Assembly: GCA_009602725.1 (NCBI GenBank)
Contig: WELB01000002.1
Location: 2,144,991 to 2,208,990, forward strand
Direction of reading: 5' to 3'
Length of the DNA: 64,000 nucleotides
Source of the DNA: Spirogloea muscicola
Taxonomy: Eukaryota
The position numbers were made by a program, and so were the translations under genes. Positions 53,927-64,000 of the stretch are shown piece by piece (the stretch's first letter is position 1; the number at the start of each line of letters is the position of its first letter). The notes under the pieces are model-generated. The model saw only the letters and a program-made list of their open reading frames with translations, ran no database searches and had not been told where the DNA came from.

Positions 53927-54499
53927 CGCTGCGCCCGTGCATGCGGGTCCCAATCTCAAGTGAGCTGGCAAATCATTTGCAAAAACGACTGTGCCAGGCT
54001 TGCTAGCTTCAGGTTATTTACCTTTGACGTTCCATTGCCTTCGCATGGGGTGGCTTGACATGAGAGACAATGTCCTTCTGTTTAGCCTTCGTCAACTTAT
54101 CATGGCTGCTTGTCAGACATAGTACAAGGCTTGTAGCAAGGCACATGTACATACCCAATCCATTTATGGAGACAAATTTACTGCGCATTATCGCGCGCGG
54201 CCAACAGGTCTTATTCCATCCTAAATCATTTGTACATTTGTGTACACCCCTGACAGCAGCACTCAGAATTTAGTACGTCCTGTGGCGATGCTCAAGGCAG
54301 CGGGCCAGCGCACGTCGCGACACCAAGCACTGTAATAACAAGGGATTGTTCTTTGCTACTGCGTTTCCTGTGTGGTGCCAAGCTCACTGCAGCTGGTCGT
54401 CCAAACTCCTCCTGTGCAACAACTTGTGTCAGCAATGAGCTTCTTGGCCTCCTTGCGAGCCACCTGCCAGAAGCTTCCATCGCTTCACCAGCCGCCAAG

Positions 54500-57400
54500 T
54501 CAGTTGAGCACCTCAGCATGCTCACGTAGTGACGCCAACTGACACGTGCGAACGCCCCAGAAGGCCTCGGGCGTCATTCCGCGGCGCACGGCAGTGAAGC
54601 GCCAGCCAACGTGCGTCCCACAAGCGCCACAGTGTGCGATTGTCCACGAGTACCTGGGAAGCACGAGGTAGCAGGCACGGCAGGACGATGCGGCCGTGAG
54701 ATACTGGGCATGAGAGCATGTAGATCTAAGCAACTGGGAGCCCCAGTGTATGACCACAGAATCCGTGGCATCTGGCGGCGCTGATTGAGATGGTGCTTGA
54801 GCCAAGCGAAGTCCTTAACGATATTTGGCAACCTTGGCCAACGACTTTGGCAGTAGGCACGCACCCCGGGAACCAGCTGTTCTCAACCTCAGCAGGACCC
54901 TCCAGCACAAGCCCCCGTGCGCGCCGCAGCGTCACCGTCTCATGCACGTACCCGTGCGCGTTCACAAACGCACTCACTAGGCCCTCCGATGACATGGCCA
55001 GTACATCACCGCGGCGAGCAATCACCAACTGCTGAACAGCGGGAGATCTTGAGATACTCTTCCACAAGCTTATAGACTGACTTTCACTTTCATGTATAGC
55101 TTGCATGGACGCTACTCAGCAATTCCCACTCGAAAGTAGTCACCTTAAAATAGTCTGGTGGGATGCTGACAGCCGGTCATTTGGGGTCAGGCTTGAAAAT
55201 CTCTGTTAAAGGATTTACTGACCTCTAAAAGACTAGTGGCAACAAGTGAGAGTCATTAAAGGCTTCAGGCATGAGTCTGCAGGTGCACCTTGCAGGCCTT
55301 GCAGCGGAGGCGCTCCATGTTCTCCAGGATGCGCACCTCCTTCTGGAGGCGGTACACGGTGCCCTCCATCTCCAGCAGGACCTGGCGTGCTGAGTCGGAG
55401 AGCGGCAGGTTCGATGCGACATGGAATGACAGGCTCTGGGGTTTACCAAGCAGCGATGCCTCCAGTGGTGGTGACCCTTGAGTCAGCTGGTGATAGAGGT
55501 CTGGCCGCCCAGCCGCAGTAGTGCGGGGTTAGGCGTGCAGCAACAACAAAGCCACAGCAACTGTCAGCCATTACAAGGGCGCTGAAAGCGTGGTACAACA
55601 ATGCGAGAGAGTTGACCAGAGTTTACGATTTTGGGGTTCATCAATGAGATGATCTATTAGAGGAAGTTCGCGATTGGCAGGCACGAGTCGCGCTGCACCT
55701 GCAACACGGCGAGCGAGGTCGTACGCGTCGTACATGCGGTACACCCAGTGAGGCCACGCTGCGAGCGGTGCACGCACCCGCCACCGCCGCCCATCCTCGC
55801 GCCACGCGCCGCCCGGACTGGCAACCGCGGCGCTGGTGCCGGTGCTGCCCCGGCCGCTGCTGCCCTCAGGCTCCACTGCTGGGGCCTTGCCGCGCTTCCG
55901 CTGCCCGCTGGCCCGCCGGCCATCCAGGCTCCCAGCTGCGCCGTTGCTACGGGCGTCATCGCTGGCCACCTCTGCGTAGCCCGTGCCCCCTGTGCTACTG
56001 TGCTGGCGTGTCACCGCGCCCTGCAAGCCGCCTCGGCGGCTCCACCACCACCAGTTGGCGCCGCGGCTGTCACCGCCAACGCCTCCTGGCTCCTCCTCCT
56101 GCGACTCCTCGCCGCTCCCACTGCTGCTCTCCACGGTGGCGATGCCGCCGTCATCGTCGCTGGCGCCGCCCCCGTCCTCCTCGTGCATCAGCCGCAGCAG
56201 CAGCTCGTCGTGCATCCGCCGGATGCGCCGCCGCCGTGCCTGCTCCCTGTCTTCCTGCTCCTCCAGGTCATCCTCATCGTCCCAGAGCCGCCGAGACGCA
56301 GCGGCAGCGGCGCTGGCGCCGCTCCTCCTCCCGCGAGCTGATGATTTCCCGTGCGCTGCCACAGGTGCGGACGCGCCCCAGCTTTCCCTGCCAGCAGCTG
56401 CCGCTGCAAGCTTCGCAGCATACGTCCCGCTTGCTGGGCTGGGTACGCACGCCAAAGGCGCAAATGCGTCCCGCGGAATTGGTGTCGGCTGATCCTCCAC
56501 CATGACCTGGACCTGCGCCCATGGCTGTCGCCAACCCCCACGATCATGTACCATCAGCAGTCAGCGAGTGGCTCGCATCTTTGGCCTTGGCTGGTCAACG
56601 TAGATCAAGCCCAGCTATAAGCTTATGCCATCGTGCTGATCATCACCAGGATATCTCTTGGTTGAGATTTTCATAATTTGCAATGACAGATACAAGTACA
56701 AGCAATTCATCATTACGTATGTACTCAATCATGTCGATAAGATATGTGCAATAGAAGTAGAGAGGCTAAGAACAAGTCAATAGCCACACGTGTACGCCGA
56801 GGTTTGGGGGCCTTGCACACCGAGCCGTCAGCCTCAGTCCAGGCCTGGCAGAGATAGAAGCGCTGTGCTCCTCGCGTCAGGACGTTCAGCGAGCCGTCCT
56901 CGAGCTGAAGCAGCTGCCGGATCTGCCACCGCCGCAGGACAGGCGGCGCCGCTTGGCATCATGATCTTGACCCCAGCTGGTCATGACGGGGGCTCAGCAG
57001 CGGTTGCTGGGGCCACATGCACACGCCTTTGATGGGCTCCGAGAACGAGGCCATGAAGCACACCTCCGCCGTCGTGCCGACTGACGAGACACGAATGCCG
57101 CGGCGCAGCCGCGTGCTCGAGCTCATGTGGACCTGCGCCAATAGCGGGTCAAGGCATTGCTTGCATATTTTTATGTGAACTGCGCCTCAACACAGACTGG
57201 AAATCCTGACATGCGATCATCGCAGCACTGCCGAGATGGCTAGTGGGCTGGCCACGAGCCGCGAGGAGGGGGACCCAGGAGCATACGACGCCAAGGATGC
57301 GCTGGCCCTCGCTGCGCTCCATGGCGCGCACGACGGCGGCCTTGAATCGCGGCTGGATGACGCGCAGCGGCAGCGTCTGCTCGGGGAACAGAACGAGGCC

Positions 57401-58254
57401 TGGCAGAGGAAAGAGAATGCCACATTGAGGTCAGCACGCACTCGTGCTTACTTCACTGCAGCCACAATGATTATCTAATAGGAAATTATTAGTCAGATTG
57501 CTACTGTGTGGAGAGAGGTTCCATTGAGCTGAAAACACTAATTGAACGCTAATCTATTGGAGGGCGGAGGGCGGCGCACCCTCCAGGTAGAACATGGGGA
57601 GCCGGAGCGTGGCGCCGCCCTCCAGCACCGTGCGGCCGCCGCGCACGTCCTCCACCTCTGCGCCCAGCAAAGCACAACGGCAGGCTGTCAGCGCCGGCGT
57701 CCACCGGCTCCTGCATGGCGCAGGCAGGCCCTCGGAGCGCCAAGGCATTGCCATCACGTCGGCAGCGCTGACGGCGGCGGCGGGCTCCCGCACGGCCGTT
57801 ATCCGTCCTCGTCGCCATGCATGGCAGCGCCAGCGTTTGCCAACACAGGAAGACTTCCTTGCGGTATCAAGGTGGCCGGGCAAGGCCAGCGCTGAGGCGG
57901 CGGCCATGGGGCGGCAGCGGCGGCGGCGGCGGTCGCGGCGGCGGGCGCACCGCCGAGGTAGGAATGCAGGGAGGTGAGCGCGGTGTCGAAGGTGAAGCCG
58001 CCGGGGTCGCCGGTCGCCGTGTCCCCCGAGCCGCCGCTGCAGCAGGCAGCACCGCGGCACGGTGGCGGCGGCTCAGCCGAGGGCCCCCGCAGAGCTCCGC
58101 CCTGGCGGGGGCGCACCCGCGTGCGGCGCGGCACCTCGAGCTCTCTGTCGCGTCGCCGCCGCCTCCCCCGCGCCCCCANNNNNNNNNNNNNNNNNNNNNN
58201 NNNNNNNNNNNNNNNNNNNNNNNNNACGCCGCCGCCGCCGCCGCCGCCCTCCAT
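54500..58254 (-). CDS. CRBN: Cereblon homolog (LON N-terminal domain plus CULT/Yippee zinc domain)
   Basis: FDTALTSLHSYLG, LPMFYLE|GLVLFPEQTLPLR, WPHWVYRMYDAYDLA, CKAC, FVNAHGYVHET, SWFPG|YSWTIAHCGACGTHVGWRF, FWG. Confidence 0.92.
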
Positions 58255-58498
58255 GGCCGCCGCAAGCCCTCCCTCCCTGCCGCCCTAAACTCAATACCCT
58301 AAACGCCAAAGATGTAGACCCGAGCTAAACCCCGAGCAAGCACCGCGCCGCCGCCGCCGCCGCAGCCGCCGCCGCCGCCGCCGGAGGCCGAGGCGGCTGT
58401 CCGCGAGGGCGTCGAGCCTCGGCGCCGGTCGAGGACTGCGTGCGGGAAACGAAGGACGGCGCGGCCCCTCGGCTGCTGCGGCTGCGGCGGCCGCGGCG
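58255..58498. promoter_or_regulatory. Probable bidirectional promoter between CRBN and DPH6
   Basis: Only 244 bp between divergent ATGs; contains CCCTAAAC telo-like motifs and GCC repeats. Confidence 0.6.
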
Positions 58499-61400
58499 AT
58501 GAGGGTGCTGGCGCTCGTGAGCGGCGGCAAGGACAGCTGCTACGCCATGATGCTCGCCTGCCGCCAAAGCCACGAGGCGAGCCGCCGCCGCCGCCGCCGC
58601 CGCCACTGCCGCTGCCGCTGCACCGGCCTCCGCCTCTGGCTGCGCTAGCAGTCCCCGCTGCGGCAGGCGCCACAGGAGGCCATGAACTCCACCTGCGCTC
58701 GCCAGACAGAGCATGGCATGGAGTTGAAGCCGGCAGGCTGCGGCGGCGTGCAGGTGGTGGCGCTCGCCAACCTGCTCCCGGACGACGACTCCGTCGACGA
58801 GCTCGACAGCTACATGTACCAGACCGTGAGGCCTCCCTCGCTGGCCACTCTAAGCCCTGGACAGTTACATTTTCCCCTTACCTGGAACCCTAGAATGTGG
58901 TCTAGACCCTTAATGTAGGCTCTTATGAGGAGTTCTCCCTCCTGAAGCAGACAGCAATCTTAAGAATTAGGGTTCGGCACATCTTAGGGTTCAGCTCTTC
59001 ACTGCCACGCCGCCTCCTCTGCGATCTGCTAACGAAGTGTGTAGTGGCTGCGCCCCAGCTGGGCCCGAGCCCTAGCGTCGTGCATCGTTAGCTCTTGAAG
59101 CTTCTTGAGGACGCACTGATACCGCAATTTCAATTTCAATTTCATTTCTTTCTACGCAACTTACCTTGAACCTTGTCTACGCCTGACAATGAGAGGGAGG
59201 AGGAGGGAGCTGCTGATGGCCTGACTGTGTGGAAGCACTGCAAATTGTGGAAGAGGCACAGCGGCAGCAGCTCCGTAGACGTCGTCCAACTGCAAGCGCT
59301 CAGCCACTTGGCCCTGGCCCTGGTTGCTGATTGGGTATTGAAGGGGAGTTTGGGGCTCTGGCTGTGGCGCAGGTCGGACATCAGCTGGTTGCTGCCTACG
59401 CTGAGTGCATGGGCCTCCCACTCTTCCGTCGGCGGCTCCGCGGCTCCGCCAGGTGCAGTTCATGCGCCTCATGACGGCGGCAGCCGGCGACGGCTTGGCT
59501 GCAGGAGCTGCAGTCCCATTTAGTGGCCTCGTAATAATTTCCGTGTTGAATTGTTTTCGATTGGCAGCGCAGATTACAGGAGCTGCGGTACCGACCAACG
59601 GTGGGTGACGAGGTCGAAGACCTCACGGCACTGGTACAGGGCGTGCTGCGGCGGCTGCCTGGCGGCGTAGAGGCCGTCTGCTCCGGTGCCATCGCATCTG
59701 ACTATCAGCGCCTGCGTGTCGAGAGCGTCTGCGCACGCTTGCACCTCGTGTCGCTCGCCCCCCTATGGCGTCGTGAGCAGGCGCCGCTTCTCCAGGATAT
59801 GGTAGGCAAGCCCTTTTACCATCAGATATCAGCTTTTAACATCAGCTCAAACCAATTAGCTTGATCCTGATTGAATAATGCAGGCCTGAGTAACTGTGTT
59901 AGCAGTGACTTTCTCGGATGCATGCTTGGCTGGTCATGACAGGCTGAAATGCGCTTTCTGGACCACATCAGTCGGCAGGACGGTGGGTGACCTCGCGTGG
60001 TCCTGCTCTAACCCACAGATTGATGCCGGGGTCGCCGCCATCCTCGTGAAGGTCCGCCGTCCTGCTAGTCTGGTCACCGCACACCCAGTGACTGTGCAAG
60101 TTCGGCGTACTCTGAAGCCGCCATTCAGAATCGGTGTCGCCGCGCTGGCCAAGGCGCAAGCATGGAGCTGGGTCTTTGTGGCTCCGTACCTCCATGGGAT
60201 AGCCATCGTGACGGCACCTTCGGCAAAGCCTTGCGCCTACTGCAGGTGGCCTCTCTCGGGCTGCATCCAGACAAGCACCTCGGAAGGACGCTCACGGAGG
60301 TTCAGGGCCAGCTCCTTGAGCTTGCTGAGTGAGAGCCGCACTGCCGCTCGCTTGTCTGCCCACCTTTTCAAGCATTACATGAAGCTTTGATCTTTGGATG
60401 TAAGCTTCGAGCCCTCGCACATGAACCTCCACAAAGTAGTGCATACGCATGCTTAAATCTCTGCTGCTGCCTCAGTGAGTCATTTCTCGAGGCTATGCGG
60501 GTAAGACCTTGCCGACTGAGCCCCTTTCTCCTACCGCAATCTTGACATAGCTTATATGGGAGCAACGTCTGCGGAGAGGGCGGCGAGTATGAGACGCTGA
60601 CGCTTGACTGCCCCCTCTTCAAGGTCAGTCGCGCTCTGATCCTTGTGTGGACAGGACATATTCGTGGACAGACTATGACAAGGTCTCAATGCAGGGGCAC
60701 AGCATTGCTGTCAAGAGTGCTAAACGGTCAACCCAGAATCTACACCACTCAGATATAGAAACCTTAGGCTTGATGCTCTGTGGTTTAGCCCCGCAGTCTC
60801 TCGCATCTCTTCGCTTCAGGATCCGCTGTCGCGCACAAATGCCGCCGTGCAACGTCTGTCATATTGCAAGCAGTCACTAGCATTGATCTTTGCCATTTGT
60901 CTGATGTGGTGGCAGCACGGCAAGATCGTCCTTGACTCCTATGAGATTGCACGACATTCGCTGGATGCGTTTGCTCCCGTTGGGGTCCTGCACCCCACCG
61001 CCTTCCATGTTGAAAGGAAGGCTCACAGGGCCGTGCAGGACGTCGAGAGCGACAGCCGTGCCTATCGCGAAAGCTACGCCGAGTCCTACAGTGCTGTCGA
61101 CCGAGGTACGCATTGGGTGGAGGAGGTAGAGGACCAGGGAGCAGGGGATGATGATGGACCTCAAGACAAGTGCAGCAAAGAGGTCGCGGTGGCGGAGCTG
61201 GCTGACAGTTTCGAGTGCGCAGTGACCACTTCGGACTCGGGCCTTATCAGCGTCACGTCCTGGCAAACAAGGGGCGTACCGCTGGGTAAGCTTGTGCTGT
61301 CCTTCCTGCACTCCCCATCACGTCCACCTTATAAGTCGATGTGACCTGTAGCCACATTGGCCCTCAAGTTGCAGGCCGTTCCTGAGGCAGGCGCAGCGGA

Positions 61401-63674
61401 GGAGCTCGTGGGAACGCTGTTGGCAATTGGCAAGCAGCTCAGCACAAGGGGCCTGGACTGGGACGACGCCCTCTACGTCCACCTGTACCTTGCCAGCATG
61501 TCTGACTTTGCTGCGATGAATGCCGCCTATGCCCGCTGCATCACCGAAGCGGGGTGCCCTCGGTAAGTTGCTTAAACCTGCTTGCAAAAGTATCACACGT
61601 GCATGACTCGCTTGCAGGCATCAGTCTTTGCAGGCACAAGCAGATGACGACCTGCTGTCGCATAAGGTGTTTTGAAGATGGCATTGATGTAGCTGTATGT
61701 GGCATGCAGCTACGCTCTCATACTCTGCAGTTGGGGATGTAACTTCGGAGTCGGGGCACACACATCAGCAAAGGGGCATTGATCTCTACTCCGGCCTCCT
61801 CTCGTGTGTTGGCAGGGGCGTGCCGTCGCGAACCACAGTGGAGGCGCGGCTGCGCCGAGGGGCCGCCGTGCAGGCGGACGTGCTGGCTGCAGCCCGCAGC
61901 CCGATGGTGGAGAAGAAGGTGCTGCACGTCCAGAGCATCTCCTCCTGGGCGCCAGCGTGTATCGGGCCCTACAGCCAGGTGCAGCACTACCCTCCTCACC
62001 TATATCTCATACATTGCGCAAGAGCTTAAGTTAGCCCCTTGGACCCCTGCACCCCACACCTCAGTGCCCGACCTCAGACCCTCATCAAATCCTAGATTGG
62101 TAATCCTTGACCTTTGTGCAAGCTGGGTGGAGCATTGCTCATTCAGCAACTGTGCTGGGTGTGGCTGGAGACGCTCAGTCCGAGTGGACGCCATTTTGTT
62201 GCTATACTAATCTAGTCACACCATTCCTTGTGTCATGCACTTGACTTGCAGCCAGTTGGGAAAGTAATCACGTGCCTCTAAGCCCGCTCTCGCCCATGCT
62301 TTGGGTGTGGGGAGGGCAGGCGACGCTGCACGGCGGTCTGCTGCACATGGCGGGCCAGCTGGGGCTCGAGCCTGCCACGATGACGCTTGTGAGCGGTGGC
62401 GCGGCTGCACAGACGCGCCGCGCGCTGCGGAGCTGCGAGGCAGTGGCGGCCTCGTTTGGCAGTAGGCTGCGGCGCGATTGTGTCGCGCTGACCGTCTACT
62501 GCAGCTCGGTGTGCTCGGTTGGTGAGCGGGTGGAGATTGGCCTGGAAGTGCGCACATTTATGATGGTCAATGATGAGGACACATTGGACGACCATGACCA
62601 GCAAGAAGTGGCAGTGGCGACAGCGGCGGTTGCCAAGGCCAATAGTGTGGCGGCAGCTCCCTGCTCTCCGCTGGTCGAATATGTCATTGTCCCAGGGCTT
62701 CCCAAGGGGTCAGTATTTTTTGACCACGCCACCGGGCGTTGCATGCAACATTCATCGAGGGCAACAGATTTACTGGCTCTTTCCTTTAGATGCAGAGGCA
62801 GCCTGCACAATGATACTTGCAGCCTGAGGCTGGCTTCAACCCTGAGCTTCAGAAGTGTTATCTCCTTCGAAGCTGGCTGGCTAGTCTATGCTTCTATTTC
62901 AGCTGGCAGCTACACCAGATCTGCTGCGCTTGCTGGAATGCTTCAATGGAGCAGACTTTCTGTGCGGCCTCAGATGAGCTTTCCTGCATTGCAAGTGTTC
63001 AGGGCGGCAGTCGAGCTGGCGCCGCTCTTGTACCTGCCGCCGCCTTTGGACGAGTACGCTGAGCTGCCTCTGCCAGAGCTCCGAATGATGTCCAGCCACA
63101 CTGTGTCGACATTTGGGGTAGAAGAGTTGTGCTGCCAAAGCGTATTCATGAAGGGCCGCCTCTGCCGAGCACACGCACTCATCGCCCTTGGCAGGCCGGC
63201 GAAGGATTCAGATGTGGCTCGTGAGGAAGCCGCGAAGGGGGCGGTGGAGAGCCTTGGTGTCGAATTGGCAGAAGCGGGCTTGTGGTGGGGCGATGTGGCG
63301 GTAAGTCTTATGGCAGCTGCCAGCCGGAGCACTAAGCCTCCTGCTGCTGTTTCCATGCGCGCTCTGCGCTGGCCATAGTTGCCGGAAGCACGGTCTGATA
63401 TTGCATGACCACCCGGCACTTGCAGGAGCTCCGTGTGTATGAGACACGAGGCGGGCCTTCGCAGGCCGTAATCGAAAGTGCACTTGCGATGAATGCAACA
63501 GACCTCATAGACTTGGAGCTCAAGGCAGCAGTGGACGTTGGAGGTTCTACCACAAGAAAACGGCCGCATTGCGTGCAGCCGGTAGTCGTGCCTGTGGACG
63601 GTGTGGGGCCCAGCCCAAGTGCAGGCTGCATGGCGGTCTTCGAGCTGCTTGCCGTCCGCTGGCCGTCGTGGTAA
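58499..63674 (+). CDS. DPH6: Diphthine--ammonia ligase with C-terminal YjgF/RidA-like domains
   Basis: MRVLALVSGGKDSCYAM, DELDSYMYQT|VGHQ, GDEVEDL, SGAIASDYQRLRVE, CGEGGEYETLTLDCPLFK, LHVQSISSWAPACIGPYSQ, HMAGQLGLEP. Confidence 0.95.
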
Positions 63675-64000
63675 GCACTGCTAACGGACTTTTGGGTCAC
63701 CAAAGATGGCCGCCCCTCCGACGAAATTGCAGTGTGGAGCAGACATTTGTGCCGCAGTCTCAGCCAGTCGGACGGCGCAGCACACATGGTATGGCTGCCT
63801 CACTCACGGGGCTTGAGGATTGTGGGGATGCTGTTGCTGTGCCAGTGGGGTCGGGGCAAGGTGCATATGGGTCAAGGGCTTGGAAGCTCGGCTTACACAG
63901 CTCGTATAGATGATACAACTGAGTTACAGGCCCGTATGCTCACTGAAAATATAGATAAGTTTCCCGGCCCCTTCGGACCTTGTCGGGTTTTACAGGCTGA

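Noticed and set aside
61360..62710. DPH6-RidA fusion as a novelty
   Set aside because: This architecture is already known for plant and fungal Dph6.

Overview
Eukaryotic, intron-rich, GC-rich nuclear DNA from a green plant lineage. The plant-type CDKD, PEX4, YLMG1, HCF244 and UAfT-like genes and TTTAGGG motifs suggest a streptophyte alga (inference). I can support 18 protein-coding genes plus one low-confidence orphan ORF. Most genes lie in head-to-head pairs whose GCC-rich 5' ends often fall in assembly gaps: SAM methyltransferase, mitochondrial Rieske protein, SPCS3, PLPBP/YggS, ERI-type exonuclease, nucleotide-sugar transporter, DHHC acyltransferase, NTF2/SnoaL-like protein, RPAP2, YLMG1, beta-propeller hydrolase-like protein, CDKD, HCF244, a small conserved protein, metallophosphoesterase, PEX4, cereblon and DPH6. 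The most unusual feature is a set of clusters (about 14.1-20.9, 36.7-37.5 and 44.5-46.1 kb) of 5'-truncated non-LTR retrotransposons with a restriction-like endonuclease (RLE, CRE-like). Copies insert antisense into copies of their own family. Four of five antisense copies are truncated at, or 62-64 nt from, the position homologous to their 5' junction, which hints at homology-linked self-targeting. Also present are a ~1.8 kb foldback palindrome, five frame-supported GC-AG introns, two frameshifted genes and a horizontal-transfer candidate. Coordinates were read by eye and repeat boundaries are approximate.
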